A stretch of 64,000 nucleotides of DNA, taken from positions 32,001 to 96,000 of the forward strand of contig CAXXHB010000003.1 in the NCBI GenBank assembly GCA_963664815.2, given 5' to 3'. The position numbers and the translations under genes were made by a program. This stretch comes from Spirochaetota bacterium (GTDB lineage Bacteria > Spirochaetota > UBA4802 > UBA5550). Below the pieces are notes generated by a model that searched no databases, was not told the DNA's origin, and worked only from the letters and a program-made list of their open reading frames with translations. This document shows positions 54,840-64,000 of the stretch, one piece after another; position 1 is the first letter of the stretch, and every line of letters begins with the position of its first letter.

Positions 54840-56138
54840 CTACTTTGTTCCCGGGATAAGTTCAAGAATTTCTTTTATAGGCATACAGACAGAATCCGCT
54901 TCCTTTGACCTCTCATTTTCCAGAATCATTTTTGCAGTGCTGAACATTGCCGGATAGGATGACCTCAGCATATGGTTGGCATATATAATAATATTGGCAC
55001 CCCATGAATGAAGTTCGGTTTCAGTGAACTGGTTATATGTGGTGGGTACAAGAACAATCGGAATTGAAGTGTAATCTTTTCTGAACCTTAAACAGAATTC
55101 TTTTATATCATTGCCGGACTTTTCCTTGCTGTGGATCATGATGCCGTCGGCTCCGGCATGTACATAGGCCGCCGCTCTTTCAAGAGCGTCATCAACAGTT
55201 TTTCCGGCTATCAGGCTTTCAAGCCTGGCAATAATCATAAAATCAGCAGTTACCTGAGCTTTTTTCCCCGCACTTATTTTCTCGCAGAATTCAGGGATTG
55301 AGGCGAGGTTCTGTTCAACATCCGTTCCGAAAAGTGAATTTTTTTTAAGCCCCACTTTGTCTTCGATTATAACTGCGGAGACTCCGTTGCGTTCAAGAGT
55401 ACGGACTGTAAAAACGAAGTGTTCGGGAATGCCCCCTGTATCACCGTCAAAAATAATAGGTTTTGTTGTACACTCAAGGATATTTGTCAGATCCTGTAAT
55501 CTTGTAGTAAGATCAACAGCCTCTATGTCAGGTTTCCCCTTGCTGGTTGAATCAGTTAAACTGGAAGACCACATGCCGTCATAATGATGTATCCCGTCCT
55601 CTTTTTCTATTTCAATATTTTCAACTATAAGTCCTGACAGGCCGGAGTGTGCTTCCATAATCCTTACAATCTTTTTTGCGTGAATAAGGCGGCGTAGTGC
55701 TTTGAGGCGTATATCAGGAGTGGTGCCTATCGATTTTTGTGCTTCATGAAGCATCGAAGAGGTAATCCCGTGAGTATAGGGAATTTCTATTACGTCACCG
55801 CCGATCTGTTTCATGACTTCAAGAACGTCATCGCGTACCCTGCTTAACGGGCCGCTTTTCCAGTCGTCTCCGTGAATGATTGCATCCGGCCTGTATTTCA
55901 GAAGATTAGGGACATAACTCCATTCCTCCTGAGGTACAATAGTATCCACCCCTTTAATGTTTTCAACAACCGTTTTACGCTGTTCATATGTGAGGAAGGG
56001 GAGGCGCTTGTGTGAAGCTATTGCTGAATCAGTTAACAGGCCCGCCATTACCTTTCCGTGTTTTGACGCTTCATTGATAATATTGATTATTCCGGGGTGG
56101 ATGATATCGCCGGTTAAACCAAGATATATGGTTTTCAT
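54840..56138 (-). CDS. aepX: Phosphoenolpyruvate mutase with an N-terminal cytidylyltransferase-like domain
   Basis: Diagnostic EDKVGLKKNS (EDKX5NS), DGDTG and IYANH. N-terminal domain has HGDDW. Confidence 0.97.
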   Translation of the reverse strand: MKTIYLGLTGDIIHPGIINIINEASKHGKVMAGLLTDSAIASHKRLPFLTYEQRKTVVENIKGVDTIVPQEEWSYVPNLLKYRPDAIIHGDDWKSGPLSRVRDDVLEVMKQIGGDVIEIPYTHGITSSMLHEAQKSIGTTPDIRLKALRRLIHAKKIVRIMEAHSGLSGLIVENIEIEKEDGIHHYDGMWSSSLTDSTSKGKPDIEAVDLTTRLQDLTNILECTTKPIIFDGDTGGIPEHFVFTVRTLERNGVSAVIIEDKVGLKKNSLFGTDVEQNLASIPEFCEKISAGKKAQVTADFMIIARLESLIAGKTVDDALERAAAYVHAGADGIMIHSKEKSGNDIKEFCLRFRKDYTSIPIVLVPTTYNQFTETELHSWGANIIIYANHMLRSSYPAMFSTAKMILENERSKEADSVCMPIKEILELIPGTK

Positions 56139-56503
56139 AGTTTCTCCTTTTTTATAATGCAGTAAGGTTGCTTTAATCCCATAAAATATGCCATATCCCT
56201 GTGAAGAATAAAAAATGCCGTGGCTGCCTGTTCCTGTTTAATGATTCAGAGTTCAATATAACAGATCGGTTCACGGTGTTTTCACTGAGACTGATATAAT
56301 CTATTTGATTAAATTGCAACAATAATGAATTATAACAATCACCATCAGGTAACAGGGGCAATTTATTATATCAGTCAATTAATTAAAAGTTTTTTTTAAA
56401 AAGTCTCTTTTTTTTAAGAAACGTTTCAGGTAAATTTAACCGCAGGGTTTTCTGTTAATAATGCAGAGTGCTAATATTATTGACAAAATTTAAACAGGGT
56501 TTT

Positions 56504-56551
56504 CTCTATCATAAAGAAGAGATTTTTTAAAATCACTTCTTTATGATAGAG
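56504..56551. promoter_or_regulatory. 48-bp near-perfect palindrome in the divergent promoter region
   Basis: CTCTATCATAAAGAAGAGATTTT-TT-AAAATCACTTCTTTATGATAGAG: 23-bp arms with one mismatch; TTGACA at 56480. Confidence 0.65.
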
Positions 56552-56608
56552 CCCCGGAGTTTAATGCAGAGAGCAGAGCACTGTAAGTATTATGCATGAG
56601 GTGTAAAT

Positions 56609-57295
56609 TTGAATATTTTATATATGATTTTTTTCTATCCTATTGAACTCCTGATGGAGTTCCTGATGAGTAATATTTTTTTGTTTGTCGGTTCATACGG
56701 TGTATCTTTGATTTTGACGAGCCTGTCTATAAATATAGTAATGATTCCGGTTTTCTGGTATGCGGAAAAACTTCAGCAGCGGGAACGCGACATTCAGGCG
56801 GCAATGAGACCGAAAATTCAGGAATACAAGAGCGTTTTTAAAGGGTATGAACTGCATCTGTATATAACCAACCTCCATAAGCAGCACAACTACCATCCGG
56901 TATATGCACTGAGGTCATTACTCGGCTTATTTATCCAGGTACCTTTTTTTGTTGCGACTTATAATTTTTTATCTCATTACAAGGCTGTAGAGGGAGTTTC
57001 TTTCCTGTTTTTCTTGGATCTTGGAAAACCGGATATGCTTCTTTCCATGTTCAGTTATAGTATAAATATATTGCCATTTATAATGACAGCCGTTAATCTT
57101 GTATCAAGTTTTGTCTATGGTAAAATGCTTACAAAAGCGGAAAGAATCAATATATATGTTATAGCTCTGTTTTTTCTTGTGCTGTTGTATAAATCTCCGT
57201 CCGGTCTGCTGCTCTACTGGACCTGTAATAATATTTTCAGTCTGTTTAAAAGTATAGTGTTTGTAAAGCAGCTTCAAAAAAAATCTGACGCATAA
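56609..57295 (+). CDS. Short YidC/Oxa1-family paralogue
   Basis: YGVSLI, coiled hairpin (MRPKIQE), HPV..L..LFIQVPFF, FLDLGKPD, ILPFIM and PSGLLLYWTCNNIFS; TTG start after GAGGTG. Confidence 0.88.
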   Translation: MNILYMIFFYPIELLMEFLMSNIFLFVGSYGVSLILTSLSINIVMIPVFWYAEKLQQRERDIQAAMRPKIQEYKSVFKGYELHLYITNLHKQHNYHPVYALRSLLGLFIQVPFFVATYNFLSHYKAVEGVSFLFFLDLGKPDMLLSMFSYSINILPFIMTAVNLVSSFVYGKMLTKAERINIYVIALFFLVLLYKSPSGLLLYWTCNNIFSLFKSIVFVKQLQKKSDA

Positions 57296-57311
57296 TGTAA
57301 CGGGGTTAAAT

Positions 57312-58604
57312 ATGTTAACAATTACAGCCGTTTTCTTTTTATATTTTCTGCTTGTCGGCGCTAATGCCTATGCCTACCTGGATCCCGGTTCAGGGAGTAT
57401 GCTTATTTCCGCTCTTGTTGCCATGGTGACAATTTTAATCTACATGGTAAAGAGTTTTATATATGACAAGGTGAAGGTTCTCGGGAAAAAAAGCGATCTG
57501 CCTGATCTGAAAAGAGAATACAATGTTGTGGTATACTCGGAAGGGGGGCAGTACTGGAATGTTTTTCTTCCTTTACTTCAGGAACTTGAATCAAGAGGTG
57601 AGTCTGCCGTATATTTTACCAGCAGGCAGGATGATCCCGGTCTGCAGCAGGAATTTGAACATATAGAAAAAAAATACATAGGTGAAGGAAATAATGCATT
57701 CTTTGTTCTGAACAAACTCAGGGCGAATTTTGTCATCATGACAACTCCCGGTCTTGGAGTACTCCAGATTAAAAGGAGCAGGGGGGTAAAACACTATTGC
57801 CATATAACACATTCCGCCGGCACCTGCTCAAGCTACAAGGCCTTTTCTCTCGATTATTTTGACAGCGTACTTGTCGGCGGTACTGCCGATAAAAATATTA
57901 TAGCCGAACTGGAAGAAAAAAGAAGAACCCCCAAAAAACAGGTTGAGATAATCGGCTGCAGCTATCTTGACGTGTTACGTACAAAACTTAAAAACGGCAG
58001 TTACAGTTACAATCTTTTCGCTGAAAAGAAACCTACAATTCTGATCTCTCCCACATGGGGAGAACATGGCCTGCTGAGCAAATACGGCAGAGATCTCTTG
58101 AAGACACTTTCAGAATGCAGAGATTTTAATATAATAGTAAGACCTCATCCGCAATCCTTTGTATCGGAAAAAAAACTGATGGATGAGTTATTAAGCAGTT
58201 ATCCGGACAGTGACAGCTTAAAGTGGGATTCTGAAAAGGATGGATTAAAGGCGATGTTCCATGCTGACCTGATGGTAAGTGATTTTTCAGGGATAATATA
58301 CGATTATCTTTTCCTCTTTGAACGCCCGGTGCTTACTTTCAAGGCGCAGTTTGAAAAACGTGGAAGAGAGGCCATGGACTTGAAGGATGACTCACCCGAT
58401 ATTAAGTTTCTTGATAAAATAGGCAGAACGCTTCAGGAAACGGATATATCTGATTTAATAACGATTATAAAAAAGAGTCTGTCTGACAGGAGTGCGCTGC
58501 CTGATGTAATTAAAGAGGCTAAGGAAGCGCTTACACAGTTTCCCGGCGAATCGGGTAAGCGTGCTGTTGATTTCATTCAGTCTGTATTGAACAGTAAAAA
58601 ATAA
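57312..58604 (+). CDS. TagF/TagB-like CDP-glycerol glycerophosphotransferase-family protein with signal + YLDPG membrane anchor
   Basis: ANAYA-YLDPGSGSMLISALVA, ISPTWG, RPHP and ADLMVSDFSGIIYDY. Confidence 0.85.
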   Translation: MLTITAVFFLYFLLVGANAYAYLDPGSGSMLISALVAMVTILIYMVKSFIYDKVKVLGKKSDLPDLKREYNVVVYSEGGQYWNVFLPLLQELESRGESAVYFTSRQDDPGLQQEFEHIEKKYIGEGNNAFFVLNKLRANFVIMTTPGLGVLQIKRSRGVKHYCHITHSAGTCSSYKAFSLDYFDSVLVGGTADKNIIAELEEKRRTPKKQVEIIGCSYLDVLRTKLKNGSYSYNLFAEKKPTILISPTWGEHGLLSKYGRDLLKTLSECRDFNIIVRPHPQSFVSEKKLMDELLSSYPDSDSLKWDSEKDGLKAMFHADLMVSDFSGIIYDYLFLFERPVLTFKAQFEKRGREAMDLKDDSPDIKFLDKIGRTLQETDISDLITIIKKSLSDRSALPDVIKEAKEALTQFPGESGKRAVDFIQSVLNSKK

Positions 58605-58617
58605 TAAGGCAGCAGTT

Positions 58618-60411
58618 ATGATAAACAGAAATCCGCTTTTCATTAAAATTGATATGAGTATAAAAAGATTTATGCAGAGAGATTTAACAGTTTTTTTCAC
58701 GAACTCATTATTCTTTACAGGCCTGCTGTTAATCTATTCACTTGGATGTTCTTATCTTCTTCCACAGGGGGTAAATGCACATTTTGCCTCAATTTTATTG
58801 ATAGTTCTTTCCGGGATTTTTCTGCTTTTTGTGCTGATTTTTTCAGGCTGGCGTTTTCTTACACGGAAAATGTCTTATGCATATAATAAAAAATACGAGC
58901 CGTTTAAGACAGCAGACTTTATTTTCATATTGATCCCGATGACACCGGTTATGCAGTATATTCTGTCAAACCAGGATTCTCTGACTATGTTCAGCTCGTC
59001 TTTAATCTTTATAATCTTTGGAGTAACTATTGCCATATTCGGTATTGTTATTCCGGTACTGCTGTCACGTTTTGCTTTTAAAAAGGTGTTAATAACAGCA
59101 TCTGTCAGTTTTCTTTACATGATAATGAGTATGGCGTCTCTTGCGGCAGCCAATGGGTGGAGCGGGAAGGGAATAATCAGTATTCAAATTGTGATCCTCC
59201 TGATCGTTATTCTTGTTTTATCGTTACTGAGATTTATTCCTGAAAAAATTATTATAATTGCCATTGTTGTCTTTTTTACTGTAAACACAGTTACCGGAGT
59301 TTTATTTAAAAAATCAGAAGGTGGAGAGTCTGAAACGGTTAAGAATTTTTCTGTAATGTCTGCTCTTGAAGGGAAGAGGGTTAAAAAGCATAATGATGTT
59401 CTGCTGATAGTATATGAATCTTATCCCAATTATGAAACCTTAAAGCATTACGGTTTTGAAAACAGTGAACAGCTTGCATTTCTGGAATCAAATGGTTTCC
59501 GTATTTATAATGGAGTATATTCTCTCGGGATACCCACAGAACAGTCCATGTCGAGAGTTTTTAATGTCGAGCTGGATCTGAAAGAACATAAAAAGTACCT
59601 GGCAGGGGGTGGGGCTGTTCACAGTATTCTCAGAGGACAGGGATATAAAACATATGGTGTTTTTGACAACAGCTGGAATTTAAGAGGGCTCCCCATTGAC
59701 CAGATTAAATATGATAACTGTTTTCCAAGACCTTCCGGCGTTATGGATAGTAAGGTGCTTGTGAATGCAATATTTACAGGAGAGTTCAGCGATGCCGTGA
59801 GTTTTGAAGGGGTGGATTACAACTCATATATAGATCACAAGCATAAAGTAATTAAAAAGGAATATCCCTGCCCGGTTTTTATGTACTCACACAGCAGTTT
59901 TCCCGGTCATGGTCCCAGCGGTATGGGGATGAGACTTGAAGAGAGGGAGGGGAAGATAGCCGGACATCTTGAAGGCATCCAAAAAGCGAACGTTGAGATG
60001 AAACAGGATGTGGATGTAATAATAAAAAGTAATCCCGACGCTATTGTTGTTATAGCAGGGGATCATGGACCGTTTCTGACAAAAACAGGTTATGGTTTAA
60101 GCAAGGGACGGGGAGGTTTCAGCGCAGAGGATATCGACAGATATGATATCCAGGACAGGTTCGGGTCATTCCTTGCAATAAGATGGCCTGAAAAAAAATA
60201 TGCGGAAAAGTATGATATTAAGGTCTTTCAGGATATATTTCCGGCAATTTTTTCATACCTCTATGATGATGATTCGATATTTAATAAAATCAGGATTGAG
60301 AGAGTAACGAGAGAAATCAAGCGGATACTGGGTGTTTATGTAAAAGACGGGGTCATATATGGAGGTAAAGACAACGGGCAGAAACTCTTTTTAATGGAAC
60401 AGAAAAAATAA
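58618..60411 (+). CDS. Membrane-anchored alkaline-phosphatase-superfamily (LtaS/EptA/sulfatase-like) protein
   Basis: About 7 N-terminal TM segments, then LLIVYESY, PTEQSM (candidate Thr nucleophile), HSSFPGH and IAGDHG. Confidence 0.8.
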   Translation: MINRNPLFIKIDMSIKRFMQRDLTVFFTNSLFFTGLLLIYSLGCSYLLPQGVNAHFASILLIVLSGIFLLFVLIFSGWRFLTRKMSYAYNKKYEPFKTADFIFILIPMTPVMQYILSNQDSLTMFSSSLIFIIFGVTIAIFGIVIPVLLSRFAFKKVLITASVSFLYMIMSMASLAAANGWSGKGIISIQIVILLIVILVLSLLRFIPEKIIIIAIVVFFTVNTVTGVLFKKSEGGESETVKNFSVMSALEGKRVKKHNDVLLIVYESYPNYETLKHYGFENSEQLAFLESNGFRIYNGVYSLGIPTEQSMSRVFNVELDLKEHKKYLAGGGAVHSILRGQGYKTYGVFDNSWNLRGLPIDQIKYDNCFPRPSGVMDSKVLVNAIFTGEFSDAVSFEGVDYNSYIDHKHKVIKKEYPCPVFMYSHSSFPGHGPSGMGMRLEEREGKIAGHLEGIQKANVEMKQDVDVIIKSNPDAIVVIAGDHGPFLTKTGYGLSKGRGGFSAEDIDRYDIQDRFGSFLAIRWPEKKYAEKYDIKVFQDIFPAIFSYLYDDDSIFNKIRIERVTREIKRILGVYVKDGVIYGGKDNGQKLFLMEQKK

Positions 60412-60718
60412 AAGTTCAGACGAATGCCTGGTCATTACATCCGGTTTACAGAAAACTTTCCCGCAGAAAAGAGGAACAGTAAACTTCACGATCTTTCAGG
60501 TAATATTTTTTCAGGTTGTATTATGCAGTGTTATATCACACCGGTTTTAATACCTCAAAAATAAAAATATTCTCCATTATTATTAATTCACTTAAAGATA
60601 TACTTGATTTTTCGGTAATATAGGGCGATAATCATACTGAATATCCGGATTTATCGTTTAATGACTCTGATTTATTCCCGGTATCATAAACATAATCCGG
60701 CTAAATGGAAGGGGGAAT

Positions 60719-61555
60719 ATGAAACGCATTATTACATTTGCGGTTATGATCGCTGCAGCTTTTACTCTCGCTTTTACTCTCTATGGGGAAACCCAGCCTG
60801 AACTTATGGTCTTTACAAGGCCCGCCTGCGGGAGGTGTACTTATACTGTCGATTTCCTTAAAAAAAATAATATTAAATATACTGAATATTCAACATCGGA
60901 AACTGAAAACAGAACAAAGATGTGGGAAATCGTCCGCGCATCGGGGAAATATAAAAACGGTTCAATAAGCATGCCTGTTGTTGTTATAAAAGGGGAGGTA
61001 TTTATTAATATCCCTGACATGCAGGAGTTTACAGGATCAATCGCTTCGTTGATTGCCGGCAGGAGTACCCCGGTTATCGAAGGAGAAAATAAAACGGATT
61101 CTTCCGATCCATTTATTAATAGCATAAGAGAAAGGCATAACTATTACAGGAAAAACCATAATACTCCCGGTTTAAAATGGAATCCTGTCATTCAGCAGTA
61201 TGCGCAGGCATGGGCGGATAAACTTGCAGCTGAAGACAGAATGTATCACCGTCAACCGAATAAATATGGTGAAAATATATACTGGATCTCCGGCGGGGAG
61301 GTGGATGGCAGCTCTGTTGTTGACAGCTGGTATTCCGAAATAAAGTATTATAACTATAAAAACCCGGGTTTCGGAATGTCCACCGGACATTTTACCCAGG
61401 TAGTATGGAGCGGGTCAACCGAACTGGGATGCGGCAAATCCAGGTCAAAAAGGGGCGGAACATATGTGGTATGCAACTATAATCCTCCGGGGAATTATAT
61501 GGGGATGTTTGATAAAAATGTATTACCAGTAAGCGATAAGAGAAGTGGTAATTGA
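60719..61555 (+). CDS. Secreted glutaredoxin-like (CxxC) + CAP/SCP (PR-1/GAPR-1-like) fusion protein
   Basis: Signal peptide, CGRC, SMPVV cis-Pro, then HNYYR..H, GENI, WYSE, GHFTQVVW and VVCNYNPPGN. Confidence 0.88.
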   Translation: MKRIITFAVMIAAAFTLAFTLYGETQPELMVFTRPACGRCTYTVDFLKKNNIKYTEYSTSETENRTKMWEIVRASGKYKNGSISMPVVVIKGEVFINIPDMQEFTGSIASLIAGRSTPVIEGENKTDSSDPFINSIRERHNYYRKNHNTPGLKWNPVIQQYAQAWADKLAAEDRMYHRQPNKYGENIYWISGGEVDGSSVVDSWYSEIKYYNYKNPGFGMSTGHFTQVVWSGSTELGCGKSRSKRGGTYVVCNYNPPGNYMGMFDKNVLPVSDKRSGN

Positions 61556-61600
61556 AAATTACCTGTCATGTAAAAACAGCATAATTTATGAAAAAGGAGA

Positions 61601-62425
61601 ATGTATATAATGAAAATTAACAGGCTAAAGGAGTGTATCGTTTATTTTGCTTCTTTATGTATTTTATCTGTGGTAATTACCGGATGTACATCGGCAAAAC
61701 TTATTGAGTATTCATCAACTGCCGGTCAGGAACAGAAGGCATCCCTGATACGCACTGAAATGCTTATTATACATGGTGATGATGAAAAGATAAAGAGAAA
61801 TTATTTTGTTGTTTCTGCTGTTGATTATCCGCAGGATAATAAAAAAAATTATTATTTGATAATAGTTCCATCATTAGGGACAAACTCATATCCGAAGGTT
61901 GATGATCTGTTACTTAGCTATAATTATCCTTTTATAATTCAGGGGGGCAATATAAGCGATCTTATATCGAACCTTGAAAAAATCAGCGCTGAATGGGACA
62001 GCGCCGATATGAAATATTCGGGTGCAGTTTATAACTTTTTTCTCACTTCACCGCAGAGTTCTCATCCGATGTTTATAGATAACAGAACATTTGAAATAAC
62101 ACCGTTTATAAAGTTTAACTACAGCAAAACCGAAAACGGAGCCATGGCGAAACTTTCGCTTGGTAACCGTATGGAAGAAATTATTAATTCCACTGTTGAT
62201 GGAAAAACTGTTAAAACCAGGCTATTCATTCAGGATGATGAACAGAACTGGATATTCGAAAAGTCTGACCAGATGAAGGATTTTCTGAATATTCTTAAAA
62301 AAGGACTTATGGATCTTAAAGTAAAAGGTATGGATGGTTTTTCAAAAAAAGCTGAAGGCCTGACAGATACAAAACCTGCCGAAGAAAAGATTCAGAAAAA
62401 GGTACAAAAAAGAAGGAAAAAGTAG
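61601..62425 (+). CDS. Hypothetical lipoprotein
   Basis: AGGAG RBS; lipobox ITGC. Confidence 0.75.
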   Translation: MYIMKINRLKECIVYFASLCILSVVITGCTSAKLIEYSSTAGQEQKASLIRTEMLIIHGDDEKIKRNYFVVSAVDYPQDNKKNYYLIIVPSLGTNSYPKVDDLLLSYNYPFIIQGGNISDLISNLEKISAEWDSADMKYSGAVYNFFLTSPQSSHPMFIDNRTFEITPFIKFNYSKTENGAMAKLSLGNRMEEIINSTVDGKTVKTRLFIQDDEQNWIFEKSDQMKDFLNILKKGLMDLKVKGMDGFSKKAEGLTDTKPAEEKIQKKVQKRRKK

Positions 62426-62681
62426 AATTTTATGTTATAAAAATTAAGGAATATTTATTGATTTCATATAGTAAATTCTGCAGGATTATCAATGAAATAT
62501 GATTATCCTGCAGGAAAATTTAATTGCATTCCGGTTCTTTAATCCGGGGTTTCATGTTCCGGATTAAAGTACAGCTCGTATGATAATTATTTTGTTGATT
62601 TGATAACGACGCTCACCTGTAGTAATATACGGTTCAGCTATCAGGTATGGAAACCGTAATTTGAAATGTAGGGATTTGATA

Positions 62682-63608
62682 ATGAGCGTAATTTTTTTCT
62701 CTGTAATGAAACTGTTTATTATGCTTTTTGCAGGATTCACTGCCCGAAAGCTGGATGTTATCGATCAGCAAAGTACAAAAGGACTATCTTCACTTCTGAT
62801 AAAGGTAACACTCCCCGCGCTTATATTTACATCCATGCAGAAAGAATTCTCCCCGGAACTTCTCAGAGAGAGTTTCCTGATTACCGCCTTATCATTTGGA
62901 GTGTACGGCCTGTACTTTCTGATTGCCATGGTAACAGGGAGAGTGCTTGGCGGAGATAAAAAGGATACGGGTGTATATCAATTCTCAATACTTTTTTCAA
63001 ATGTAGGTTTTATGGGATTTCCTGTATTGGGCAGCGTATTCGGCGGCGAGTCAATCTTTTACGCGGCAATGTTTAATATTCCGTTTCACTTTTTTGTTTT
63101 CACGCTTGGAGTATTTCTTATGACCCGGGGACACTCGGAAGATGCAAGGTTTGACTGGAAACTGTTTCTTAGCCCCGGAATAATTGCTACAGCGGCAGGG
63201 TTTATTTTCTTCGTCTTCAGTCTTAAACTTTCTGTTATAATATATGATCCGATAAAATCAGTCGGTGATATTACTATTCCTCTTTCAATGATTACCGTAG
63301 GTTCAATGCTGACAGAAGTTCATTATAGTGAACTGCTCGCAGGATGGCGGGTATATCTTATATGCTTCATGCGCCTGGCAGTTTTACCCGCTGTGGTTTT
63401 TATCTTCGTGACGCTGTTTACTGATAACCCTGTGATGATTTGTGTACCTGTTGTTATAGCGGCTATGCCTGTTGCAGTTAATGCACCGCTTATAGCGCAC
63501 GAATATAACGGCAATGCCATTCTTGCATCAAGGCTTATGTTTATATCGACATTTCTTTCTTTGTTTACGCTCCCGGTTGTATTAATGGTTCTGAAAGCGT
63601 TAATTTAA
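62682..63608 (+). CDS. AEC family (auxin efflux carrier / malate permease) transporter
   Basis: VTLPALIF, FSNVGFMGFP, TIPLSM and AMPVA motifs. Confidence 0.92.
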   Translation: MSVIFFSVMKLFIMLFAGFTARKLDVIDQQSTKGLSSLLIKVTLPALIFTSMQKEFSPELLRESFLITALSFGVYGLYFLIAMVTGRVLGGDKKDTGVYQFSILFSNVGFMGFPVLGSVFGGESIFYAAMFNIPFHFFVFTLGVFLMTRGHSEDARFDWKLFLSPGIIATAAGFIFFVFSLKLSVIIYDPIKSVGDITIPLSMITVGSMLTEVHYSELLAGWRVYLICFMRLAVLPAVVFIFVTLFTDNPVMICVPVVIAAMPVAVNAPLIAHEYNGNAILASRLMFISTFLSLFTLPVVLMVLKALI

Positions 63609-63721
63609 CTCTTTGTAAAGGGTTATCCGGAAACATTTTTTATAAAGAGATAAATTCTATCTTGACTAAATTTCAGGATGAAACCTGATCTTTCTTATAA
63701 AACTAAATTTAAAGGTAACGT

Positions 63722-64000
63722 ATGAAAACAAAAATTTTTTATCTGATTATGACAGTAGTTATTTTCTCTACTGCCGGCTCATGCAAACAGGCTGACCTCA
63801 ATAGTGATAAAGGTAAATACAGCTACGCAATCGGATTTAATATCGGATCCAGTATGAAGAAGGATAATGTTGACCTTGATATGGATTCATTCACTGCTGC
63901 AATTGAAGATGCATTAAAAGGAACAGAGAGTAAGCTTTCTCAGGATCAGACACAGGCTGCCATGCAGAGTCTGATGGCTATTCTGCAGAAAAAGAGAATG
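63722..64000 (+). CDS. FKBP-type peptidyl-prolyl isomerase (Mip/FkpA), N-terminal part; truncated by the window edge
   Basis: MKTKIFYLIMTVVIFSTAGSCKQADLNSDKGKYSYAIGFNIG..DLDMDSF..AIEDALKG matches the FKBP_N pattern. Confidence 0.8.
   Translation, partial: MKTKIFYLIMTVVIFSTAGSCKQADLNSDKGKYSYAIGFNIGSSMKKDNVDLDMDSFTAAIEDALKGTESKLSQDQTQAAMQSLMAILQKKRM

Noticed and set aside
62477-62570. Two hairpins (CTGCAGGAT../..ATCCTGCAG and TTTAATCCGG../..CCGGATTAAA)
   Set aside because: Most simply terminator-like or stabilising structures after the lipoprotein gene; nothing further supports an RNA gene.

Overview
AT-rich bacterial chromosomal window. The gene content suggests a free-living spirochaete (inference only). 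From left to right it holds: the 5' part of polA; signalling genes, including two decayed genes missed by the ORF track (an internally deleted REC-GGEEF cyclase and a rodA/ftsW remnant); and a complete shikimate-to-Phe/Tyr operon (aroF-aroB-aroD-aroE/K-aroA-aroC-pheA-tyrA). That operon is preceded by an unannotated 37-codon leader peptide with alternating Phe/Tyr codons and a terminator/antiterminator pair. Next come housekeeping genes (rlpA, queD, rdgB, nth, suhB, xseAB, lspA, ileS), a two-component cluster, REP/MITE-like repeats and a direct-repeat-flanked small gene. A 2-aminoethylphosphonate (AEP) biosynthesis operon (pepM, ppd, PntC-AEP transaminase fusion) is divergent from an unusual three-gene unit: a short YidC paralogue lacking the conserved Arg, a TagF-like transferase with a signal+YLDPG membrane anchor, and an LtaS/EptA-like membrane transferase. 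That unit is the best candidate for an undescribed phosphonate surface-decoration system. No CRISPR array, rRNA, tRNA or transposase was seen.
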